Below, piece after piece: positions 8,214 through 14,153 of a stretch of DNA of 14,153 bases. The notes beneath the pieces are model-generated. The model was given only the letters and a program-made list of their open reading frames with translations, made no database searches and was not told the origin of the DNA. The position numbers were made by a program, and so were the translations under genes. The DNA comes from Candidatus Methylomirabilis sp. (GTDB lineage Bacteria; Methylomirabilota; Methylomirabilia; Methylomirabilales; Methylomirabilaceae), in contig JBGQJI010000057.1 of the NCBI GenBank assembly GCA_041498975.1, positions 1-14,153 on the forward strand. Direction: 5' to 3'. The number at the start of each line of letters is the position of its first letter. Position 1 is the first letter of the stretch.

Positions 8214-8290
8214 CCGTTCAGAGTTCATAGTTCATGGTTCATAGACTGCCGTCCTCGGTCTGCGGTCAGCGGTCAACTGTTGACCGGTCT
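8214..8290. repeat. Two adjacent heptamer tandem arrays (nnGTTCA x4; CGGTCnn x3 with a terminal hairpin)
   Basis: ccgttca gagttca tagttca tggttca (8214-8241). cggtctg cggtcag cggtcaa (8256-8276), followed by ctg ttgaccg, which forms a perfect 7-bp hairpin at 8270-8286. Confidence 0.85.
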
Positions 8291-8294
8291 TCCC

Positions 8295-10541
8295 TTATCC
8301 GCCACCGGACCCGGCGGTTTGTTCCAACACGGCGTACTGGGCCCGGTAACGGTAGTAGCTCCCGAGGACCCGCTTCACATACTGCTGCGTTTCCGAAAAC
8401 GGGATCTCCTCGATGAACTCGTCGTCAGCCCGATATCCCCAGAGGTCCAACCACCGGCGGACCTGATGTGGTCCAGCGTTGTACGCGGCCAAGGCCATGG
8501 CCCAGTTCCCCTTGTACTCCTCGAGCATCTTGGCGAGGTATCGAGTCCCGAGCCCGATATTGGCGGCCGGTGAGCCGAGATTCACAGATTCCGCCGATCC
8601 GCCTGCGGCCCTGACGATCTGGTCTGCGGTCTTGGGCAGGAGCTGCATCAGCCCAACAGCGCCGGCGGCTGACACGACTCGTTCGCCGAAGCTGCTCTCT
8701 TCCCGGATCAGCGCAACGACCAGGTAGGGATCGAGGGTGTGGAGCGCGCTCTGCGCCTTCACCAAGTCCCAGTACCCCAGGGGATAGAGGAACTCCCAGT
8801 ACCGTGGCACGGGCTCTGCGGGCCGGCTCTGGGCGTACAGTGGACGGAGGAGGCGTTTTGCAATCGACACGCTCCTTTCGATATACCCGAGGTCGAGGAA
8901 GGCGCTGCACGCTTCATACAAGAGCCCGCGGTCCTCAACGTATCGCCCGCTGAGAGCCCAGAACTCCTCTGAGGCCTCCTCTCGTAGATTCAATTCCTTC
9001 AGCAGCCTAGCTTTTGCCGCCTGAGAAGAGCAGGGTTGGGGAATGAGGGCACACGGTGAAGGAGCTGCACTGCTCTGAACCCTGGACCCTGACCCTTCTG
9101 CCGTCGAAGCGGCGGCGATGGCGCGCCCAGCCGATGAATCCAGCTTCCCCATGCGAAGACGGCTCTGTTCGGCGTAATAGTACTCGTCGCCGAAGGTCTT
9201 GAGCACGCCGCGGTAGGCATCTATGGCCTTCCCGCTCCTTCCCAACTGTTCGAAGACCCTCCCTTGCCAGTAGAGAGCCTGGACGCGGAGCCGTGAGGTC
9301 GAAGCGGCCTTGGTCTGCAGTTGTTGCAGATCATGCAGTGCCTGGGCCAGGTTCGATCGACGGTAATTGATCCAGGCGCGGGTCCACAGGGCGGCCTCGG
9401 CGAACCGGCTGGACGGGTGTTCCCTGATGAGGCGCGACAGCGCATCAAGTGCCTGCTTCTGTTTACCGTCTTCGCGGTAGTTCAACGCCACCAAGTACAG
9501 TGAGTTATCGGCCCATGAGCTCCTGGGATAGGCGCTGACCAGGCGGGCCCACGTCTTGATCGCATTTTGCCGGTCGTCCAGGCGGCCGTAGCTTCGCCCC
9601 ATCCAGAAGAACGCCTCCGCCCGAAGGGGCGAAGGCGCTTTGACGAGCGACGAGAGGAGGGCGATGGACTGCGTGTAGTCCCGGAGCTGAAAGCGGCTGA
9701 TCCCGCTCAGCAGCCTCGCGCGGGACGCGTATGACGAGTCGCCGTTCAGAAAAGGGGACAGCGCAGTCACCGCCTGGGCATATTGGCCGCCGCGGTAGAG
9801 AGTGATCGCGCGCTCGAATTGTTCGTCGATGGTGAAGGGCTGCGCCTCTGCCATCGATGTCAGGAACTCGCCGGCCCGGACCGCCTCCCGGGTTCCTGGC
9901 CACTTGAGCCACAGCTGTCGGAGAAGATCCTCTGCCTCCCGTCGCTTCCCCGACTTCACGCTCACCTCTGCGAGCGCGAGCATCGCCTCTCGACGCCGAG
10001 CCGCCTCAGAGGCAAGTGAAAGGTAGTCCTTGTAGGCCCCCTCGGCCTCCGAAAGCAGGTTAGCGTCGGCGTACAGCCTTGCCCGATCCCGCTGGGCCCG
10101 TTCAGCGAGAAGGCTGCCGGGATGCTCCTGAAGAAGGCGCACGTAGGAAGCGAGGGCCTGGGATGCGAGGCCAAGCGCCTCATAGGCAGACGCCGCGTAG
10201 TAGAGGGCGTAATCCGCGAGGGTTGGAAGTTGCGATGCGGCTGCCTCCAGCTCTGCAGCCGCCTCCCGCCACCGCTGCTGCCTGTACAGCGAGATGCCGA
10301 GGAGGAAACCGGCCTCGCTTGCCTGCCGAAAGCCGTCGCGGTGGCGCAACTCCTCGAGGAGCGGGGCGGCGCTCTGGTAATCATTCGCCCCGATCCGCTC
10401 AAGCGCGCTCCTCCAGGCCGACTCAGCCTCGATTTGAGATGGGGCTGCTGCGGCAAGCGGCAGGAGCACTAGGAGCAGGCAGGTGATCGATATCGCCTTC
10501 CGCCCTCTCATCACCCGTTCGCCCTGATTCTGCTCAGTCAT
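8295..10541 (-). CDS. Secreted TPR-repeat soluble lytic murein transglycosylase (Slt-like)
   Basis: Signal-peptide-like MRGRKAISITCLLLVLLPLAAAA, many TPR-like helical repeats, and a C-terminal SLT domain (ALIREESSF, GAVGLMQL, N...G..YL, AAYNAGP, IPFSETQQYV). Start is probably ATG 10541 or 10511, not 10613. Confidence 0.92.
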   Translation of the reverse strand: MTEQNQGERVMRGRKAISITCLLLVLLPLAAAAPSQIEAESAWRSALERIGANDYQSAAPLLEELRHRDGFRQASEAGFLLGISLYRQQRWREAAAELEAAASQLPTLADYALYYAASAYEALGLASQALASYVRLLQEHPGSLLAERAQRDRARLYADANLLSEAEGAYKDYLSLASEAARRREAMLALAEVSVKSGKRREAEDLLRQLWLKWPGTREAVRAGEFLTSMAEAQPFTIDEQFERAITLYRGGQYAQAVTALSPFLNGDSSYASRARLLSGISRFQLRDYTQSIALLSSLVKAPSPLRAEAFFWMGRSYGRLDDRQNAIKTWARLVSAYPRSSWADNSLYLVALNYREDGKQKQALDALSRLIREHPSSRFAEAALWTRAWINYRRSNLAQALHDLQQLQTKAASTSRLRVQALYWQGRVFEQLGRSGKAIDAYRGVLKTFGDEYYYAEQSRLRMGKLDSSAGRAIAAASTAEGSGSRVQSSAAPSPCALIPQPCSSQAAKARLLKELNLREEASEEFWALSGRYVEDRGLLYEACSAFLDLGYIERSVSIAKRLLRPLYAQSRPAEPVPRYWEFLYPLGYWDLVKAQSALHTLDPYLVVALIREESSFGERVVSAAGAVGLMQLLPKTADQIVRAAGGSAESVNLGSPAANIGLGTRYLAKMLEEYKGNWAMALAAYNAGPHQVRRWLDLWGYRADDEFIEEIPFSETQQYVKRVLGSYYRYRAQYAVLEQTAGSGGG
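9032..9096. repeat. Degenerate AGGGTnn/nnACCCT heptamer hairpin lying in frame inside the slt gene
   Basis: agggttg gggaatg agggcac acggtga ... gaaccct ggaccct gaccct. The unit gaaccct is identical to 6994-7000. Translated as EGSGSRVQSSAAPSPCALIPQP. Confidence 0.65.
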
Positions 10542-10575
10542 CCTTCCACAGACACCCGAGACGGATTCCCGGGGG

Positions 10576-11619
10576 TCAGGCGCGCCTCGCAAGCTCTTCG
10601 AGGCTCGCGTCATAGGGTGGCAGCGCGACTCCCCGGTCGGAAATGATTGCGGTGATGTATCGGGCCGGAGTCACGTCGAAGACCGGATTTGCCGCCGAGA
10701 TCCCAACCGGTGCGGTCCGGATGCCGGCCCAGGTCGTCACCTCTTCGGGGCTCCGCTCCTCGATCGGAATGTCCTCGCCACTCTTGAGGGACAGGTCAAG
10801 GGTGGAAATGGGCGCCGCGACGTAGAAGGGAATCCCGTGCTCCTTCGCCAGCACGGCCAGGGAATAGGTCCCGATCTTGTTGGCCACGTCCCCGTTCCGA
10901 GCGATCCGATCGGCCCCGACGACGACGAGGTCGATGCGGCCGCGCTGCATCAGGTGTCCGGCCATGTTGTCGGCGATGAGCGTGACCGGAATGCCGTCTT
11001 GATGGAGCTCCCAGGCGGTCAGCCTGGCCCCCTGCAAGAAGGGGCGCGTCTCATCCACCCAGACCGAGAGACGTTTGCCGGCCGCGCGCGCCGCCCGGAT
11101 CACTCCAAGCGCCGTCCCGTACCCGGCTGTGGCCAGAGCGCCCGCGTTACAGTGTGTCAGGACGGCTGCCCCGTCGGGGATGAACTTCTGGCCGTGCTCG
11201 CCCATCGCCCGGTTGCCGCGGATATCCTCCTCCCGGATCGCCTGCGCTTCCTGGATCAGGGCCTGCACGACGGCCGGCAAAGGGAGGTCCCTGTTCTTCT
11301 CGGCGCAGCGCTTCATCCGCTCTATCCCCCAGGCCAGGTTCACGGCCGTCGGGCGCGTCTTCAACAGCCCTTCCCCTTGGCGCGACAATTCCCTGAAGAA
11401 ATCCTCGAAGGTGTCCGCCCGGATCGCCATCGCAGCCAGGGCAAGGCCCATCGCGCCCGCCACGCCGATGGCCGGAGCGCCCCGGATCTGCATCGTCCGG
11501 ATCGCGTCTGCGACGGCAGCGACGTCGCGACACTCGACGTAGACCTCCTCGAGCGGCAGCTTCCGTTGATCGATCAGCCGGACGGTGTCCGCCAGCGTCC
11601 ATTCGATTGTCTGAAACAC
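10576..11619 (-). CDS. mtnA: S-methyl-5-thioribose-1-phosphate isomerase, 347 aa
   Basis: [57 protein letters not shown] and GADRIA.NGD.ANKIGTY. Start reassigned to GTG 11619, which has GGAGG (11630-11626) 6 nt upstream. Confidence 0.96.
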   Translation of the reverse strand: MFQTIEWTLADTVRLIDQRKLPLEEVYVECRDVAAVADAIRTMQIRGAPAIGVAGAMGLALAAMAIRADTFEDFFRELSRQGEGLLKTRPTAVNLAWGIERMKRCAEKNRDLPLPAVVQALIQEAQAIREEDIRGNRAMGEHGQKFIPDGAAVLTHCNAGALATAGYGTALGVIRAARAAGKRLSVWVDETRPFLQGARLTAWELHQDGIPVTLIADNMAGHLMQRGRIDLVVVGADRIARNGDVANKIGTYSLAVLAKEHGIPFYVAAPISTLDLSLKSGEDIPIEERSPEEVTTWAGIRTAPVGISAANPVFDVTPARYITAIISDRGVALPPYDASLEELARRA

Positions 11620-11669
11620 GCCTGACCTCCGCGACAGCACGAGCAGATCCGAATCTGCCTCACAAAGGT

Positions 11670-11699
11670 ACACTACCACGGTCGGCAAAGCCGCTTCAA
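11670..11699 (-). promoter_or_regulatory. Candidate promoter for mtnA (extended -10)
   Basis: Minus strand TTGAAG (11699-11694), 18 nt, then TG-g-TAGTGT (-10 at 11675-11670). A small hairpin GCAGAT-tcgg-ATCTGC follows in the leader. Confidence 0.3.
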
Positions 11700-11803
11700 C
11701 TGAAATGTACCGCTCCCGCTTTACCTTCACAGTCCTGTCGGAGCTGCCCGTGTGTTCGTCGCATTCCGACGGGTCTGCGTTCTATGTCAGACTCTGCCGC
11801 CTC

Positions 11804-11875
11804 TTGCGTAGGGACAGGCCAGTCTATTTTTTCGATCCCGTGACTGAAGTCATGGGACGCGACGCCTACCTGCAA
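11804..11875. repeat. GTAG...CTAC-bounded palindromic (REP-like) element
   Basis: ttgc-GTAGG (11804-11812) ... CCTAC-ct-gcaa (11865-11875), enclosing the hairpin tcccgtgact-ga-agtcatggga (11836-11857). Confidence 0.5.
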
Positions 11876-11915
11876 AGTTGTTTTACTGAGCGCGGCGCTC
11901 TCTCGTGCCGTTCTG

Positions 11916-11999
11916 GTCCCCTCCTTTGTAAGGAGGGGTCAAGGGAGGTAGAGGCGTCGGCTCTACCCCACCCAACCTCCCCTTAAAAGGGGAGGGGAC
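11916..11999. repeat. Inverted-dimer REP-like element with three hairpins
   Basis: Terminal inverted repeat GTCCCCTCC (11916-11924) / GGAGGGGAC (11991-11999). Hairpins: cccctcctt-tgt-aaggagggg, ggtagag-gcgtcgg-ctctacc and cctcccctt-aa-aaggggagg. Confidence 0.88.
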
Positions 12000-12046
12000 A
12001 TTTTCAAAACAGCGCCAAGGCAATAGTCCTGTGATGAATTGCGGGG

Positions 12047-13411
12047 CTAGCTGGGAGGCTTGACTTTCGAACCGGCGGGTGGCTTGGGACGTTGCCGGTG
12101 GCGAGTTGACGGCTGGGCTGCCGGTCGGTGACCGGGGCTCCCGGGCTGGCGGGATTGGGGCAACGGCATGGGCCGTCCGCTTATGCGGGGGCGCGGGCGA
12201 AACGGCCCTTCGACGGCGCTCAGGCTGCGCCCTGAGCCTGTCGAAGTGACAGGCCCTGCAAGGACCCCTTGAGCGAAGAGAGATTCGTCTGGCCATTCCA
12301 CCGGGATTTTGAACCCGATGTAGTCTTCGATCGCTTCGAGAGAGAGAACGTACTCCTCGTCTGCCAGGCTGATGGCCTTGCCTGCGGCGCCGGCCCGCGC
12401 CGTCCGGCCGATCCGGTGAACGTAATCTTCGGGATCCTGTGGAAGGTCGTAATTGATCACGATGCTGACCGCCTCGACGTGCAGGCCGCGAGAGGCGACA
12501 TCGGTCGCCACCAGGATCGGCAGCTTCCCTTCTTTGAACTGCGCAATGATCCGAAGGCGCTTCCGCTGATCGATGTCCCCGCTGATCAGATCGGCCTGGT
12601 AGCCGTGACGAACGAGCTTTTCGGTGAGCCGCTCGGCGCCGATCTTTGTGTTCGAGAAGATCAACACGCGCTCCCACGCCTCCCGCTTCAATAGCCCGAG
12701 AAGGAGTCGGAGCTTCTCCTTCTTCTCCACGTGGAAGAGCAGGTGTTCGACCTTGTCCACTGTGACGTGCTCTGGCGCAATGGCAACCTTGACCGGATTG
12801 TTCATGAACTCGTAGCCGAGTTCCATCACCCGAAACGACAGGGTCGCGGAGAAGAGAAACGACTGGCGCTTGTGGTAGGGTGGGAGCCGCCTCAGAAGGA
12901 AGCGCAGGTCTTTGATGAAACCCATATCGAACATCCGGTCCGCTTCGTCCACCACCAGGACCTCGGTCTGAGACAGCTCGTAGACCCCTTGCTTGAAGTA
13001 ATCGATGACCCGTCCTGGGGTTGCGACGAGGACGTCGACTTTCTTCTGAAGCGCGTCGCGCTGCTTCTGATAGTCCACCCCTCCGTAGACGGCGAGCATC
13101 GTGAGCCCCGTAAACTGTCCTAGCAGTTCAGCATCCCAAAGGATCTGAACAGCGAGTTCACGGGTGGGGGCAAGAATCAGCGCTCGCGGGGCCCCGGGAA
13201 GCGTGGGATGCCTTGAACTAAGGAGCCGAGCGAAGAGGGGGATCAGGAAGGCGGCCGTCTTCCCGCTACCGGTCTGCGCCTGACCCGCGACGTCCCTCCC
13301 GGCAAGGGCAACGGGCAACGACTGAGCTTGGATCGGCGTGCACTGGGTAAAGCCCGCTGCCTCGATCCCCTTTCGGATCGGCTCAGGAAACGACAAGGAG
13401 TCAAAGGTCAT
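12047..13411 (-). CDS. rhlB: DEAD-box ATP-dependent RNA helicase, RhlB-like, 454 aa
   Basis: Q motif GFTQCTPIQ, AQTGSGKT, PTRELA.QI, YGG, ATPGR.IDY.KQ, DEADRMFDMGFIKD.R.L.RR.P, FSATLS.RV.EL.YE.MN.P, ATDVASRGLH and HRIGRTARAG..G.AISLA.EEY. The DEAD-box call is certain; the RhlB assignment rests on subfamily-type motifs. Confidence 0.88.
   Translation of the reverse strand: MTFDSLSFPEPIRKGIEAAGFTQCTPIQAQSLPVALAGRDVAGQAQTGSGKTAAFLIPLFARLLSSRHPTLPGAPRALILAPTRELAVQILWDAELLGQFTGLTMLAVYGGVDYQKQRDALQKKVDVLVATPGRVIDYFKQGVYELSQTEVLVVDEADRMFDMGFIKDLRFLLRRLPPYHKRQSFLFSATLSFRVMELGYEFMNNPVKVAIAPEHVTVDKVEHLLFHVEKKEKLRLLLGLLKREAWERVLIFSNTKIGAERLTEKLVRHGYQADLISGDIDQRKRLRIIAQFKEGKLPILVATDVASRGLHVEAVSIVINYDLPQDPEDYVHRIGRTARAGAAGKAISLADEEYVLSLEAIEDYIGFKIPVEWPDESLFAQGVLAGPVTSTGSGRSLSAVEGPFRPRPRISGRPMPLPQSRQPGSPGHRPAAQPSTRHRQRPKPPAGSKVKPPS
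12208..12246. repeat. 39-nt palindromic element in frame in the helicase C-terminal tail
   Basis: cttcgac-ggc-gctcagg-ctgcgc-cctgagc-ct-gtcgaag, with two perfect 7-bp stems. Related units occur intergenically at about 13674-13698 and 13761-13786. Confidence 0.8.
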
Positions 13412-13509
13412 CGGTGGGCGCCTGGCGGGACGAAGCCAGGTTCAGATTGATTTGGAGCGCAAGAGGGGCGAACCGGGACCGGAATTGTGATGTTACCGAG
13501 AGTAGGCAT
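13408..13509 (-). CDS. Hypothetical 33-aa Pro-rich leader peptide (uORF) upstream of the helicase
   Basis: MPTLGNITIPVPVRPSCAPNQSEPGFVPPGAHR*. The ATG lies about 2 nt after the predicted TSS and the TGA overlaps the helicase ATG (ATGA). There is no homology evidence. Confidence 0.3.
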   Translation of the reverse strand: MPTLGNITIPVPVRPSCAPNQSEPGFVPPGAHR

Positions 13510-13517
13510 CTGCGAAG

Positions 13518-13546
13518 ATTATCCCTCCTCTGCAAGCAACAGTCAA
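13518..13546 (-). promoter_or_regulatory. Sigma70-type promoter upstream of the DEAD-box helicase
   Basis: Minus strand TTGACT (13546-13541), 17-nt spacer, GATAAT (13523-13518). Both hexamers match consensus at 5/6. Predicted +1 is near 13511. Confidence 0.65.
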
Positions 13547-13607
13547 GGACACGGTGAAATCCACGAACAGAGCCGGACAAGTCGCCCCCTTCTGTGTGTC
13601 AGTTTGT

Positions 13608-13822
13608 CTGTCAATGCGAGCACCCGAAGGGTGCGCGGCAATCCGACACGCCGTGTCGTTGCGAGGCGTAGCCCCCTCGGCATTGCTCGGGGCAGGCTCC
13701 GCAATTCCCGAGATTCCTTGGCGGAGTTTACGCTGAGCGGGGCGAATGTGCTCGGAATGACCCTTCAACTCGGCTCAGGACAGGCCTTTCAGGTCAGATT
13801 GCTTCGCTTCGCTGGCAATGAC
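13608..13822. repeat. Nested composite of REP-like palindromic elements
   Basis: Two left arms: ctgtcaatgcgag...gcggcaatcc (13608-13644) and gtgtcgttgcgag...cgcaattcc (13653-13709). Two right arms: gagattcc...gctcggaatgac (13711-13761) and agattgcttcgcttcgctggcaatgac (13796-13822). Embedded ccctt-c.ac..gctc(a/g)gg.caggc units lie between them. Confidence 0.82.
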
Positions 13823-13924
13823 CATCGCTATGTCTGTTCTTGCATGAGGCCTTGGAGCTCGATCTCATTCGGATGGGGTCCACATATTGCCCCCACGCAA
13901 CAGACCGATCGGCCAAGCGGGGCT

Positions 13925-13959
13925 AAAGAAAAAGCCCCCGAGGGATCTCCTCGGGGGCT
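13925..13959 (-). terminator. Rho-independent terminator of groEL
   Basis: Perfect 11-bp stem AGCCCCCGAGG / CCTCGGGGGCT (13933-13959) with a 5-nt loop, running into TTTTTCTTT on the minus strand, about 65 nt after the groEL stop. Confidence 0.9.
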
Positions 13960-14024
13960 CTCTATCTACGTGGAGCGTCACGGCAATCGTCCCATCGCAT
14001 TCCGGTCCGCCATTAACGGAAGGT

Positions 14025-14153
14025 CTAATACATGTCACCCATGCCGCCGCCGCCGTGCGGCATCGAGGGGGCTTTCTCCTTTTCCGGAATCTCGGTCACG
14101 AGCGCCTCGGTAGTGATCATCAGCGACGCGATGCTGGAGGCGTTCTGAAGGGC
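14025..14153 (-). CDS. groL: Chaperonin GroEL, C-terminal 42 aa (gene enters from the right edge)
   Basis: Minus-strand frame [42 protein letters not shown], the canonical GroEL C-terminus with a GGM-type tail. Not in the ORF track. Confidence 0.96.
   Translation of the reverse strand, partial: ALQNASSIASLMITTEALVTEIPEKEKAPSMPHGGGGMGDMY

Noticed and set aside
3651..8290. CRISPR array interpretation of the tandem repeats
   Set aside because: The units are 7 nt with no unique spacers of about 30 nt, and no cas genes are present.
11620..11730. 37-aa N-terminal extension of MtnA
   Set aside because: A strong GGAGG precedes GTG 11619, where MtnA similarity begins.
11620..11810. SAM riboswitch upstream of mtnA
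   Set aside because: No SAM-I core elements (AUC..GAG, GCAACC, GUGC, GAU) in the right order could be found by eye. An Infernal/Rfam search would settle it.
11883..12677. 264-aa minus-strand ORF overlapping the helicase 3' half
   Set aside because: It is an alternative-frame shadow ORF whose tail (PPLTPPYKGG) is the translated repeat at 11916-11999.
150..13123. Numerous plus-strand ORFs antisense to the housekeeping genes
   Set aside because: Typical shadow ORFs of GC-rich coding DNA, with no recognisable motifs.
13487..14113. 208-aa plus-strand ORF and smaller ORFs in the groEL-helicase gap
   Set aside because: The translation consists of repeat-derived peptides (e.g. RLLRFAGND), runs through the terminator and is antisense to groEL.

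Overview
GC-rich bacterial housekeeping region with every gene on the minus strand. Reading 5'->3' on that strand: groEL 3' end with its terminator, an RhlB-like DEAD-box RNA helicase, mtnA, a TPR + Slt-type lytic transglycosylase, coaBC, a family-4 uracil-DNA glycosylase, priA, a tRNA1(Val) A37 N6-methyltransferase-like MTase, a carbon-nitrogen hydrolase (glutaminase) coupled to a stand-alone nadE, a CbbY-like HAD phosphatase, and the first codons of a probable alanine dehydrogenase (or PntA). I found no transposase, phage gene, CRISPR array or RNA gene. The most unusual signal is non-coding. All seven intergenic gaps longer than about 60 nt carry a palindromic or repeat element. These include 7-nt-period tandem arrays with a shared architecture but different unit sequences, GTCATTGCGAG-type REP-like elements (one nested), CCCCTCC/GGAGGGG hairpins and a GTAG...CTAC element. 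Two of these families also appear in frame inside proteins (Slt linker, helicase C-tail). Other observations: a candidate near-leaderless Pro-rich uORF coupled to the helicase gene, a CoaBC lacking the canonical catalytic Cys, and a split Gln-dependent NAD synthetase. All calls come from reading motifs by eye; no database searches were run.
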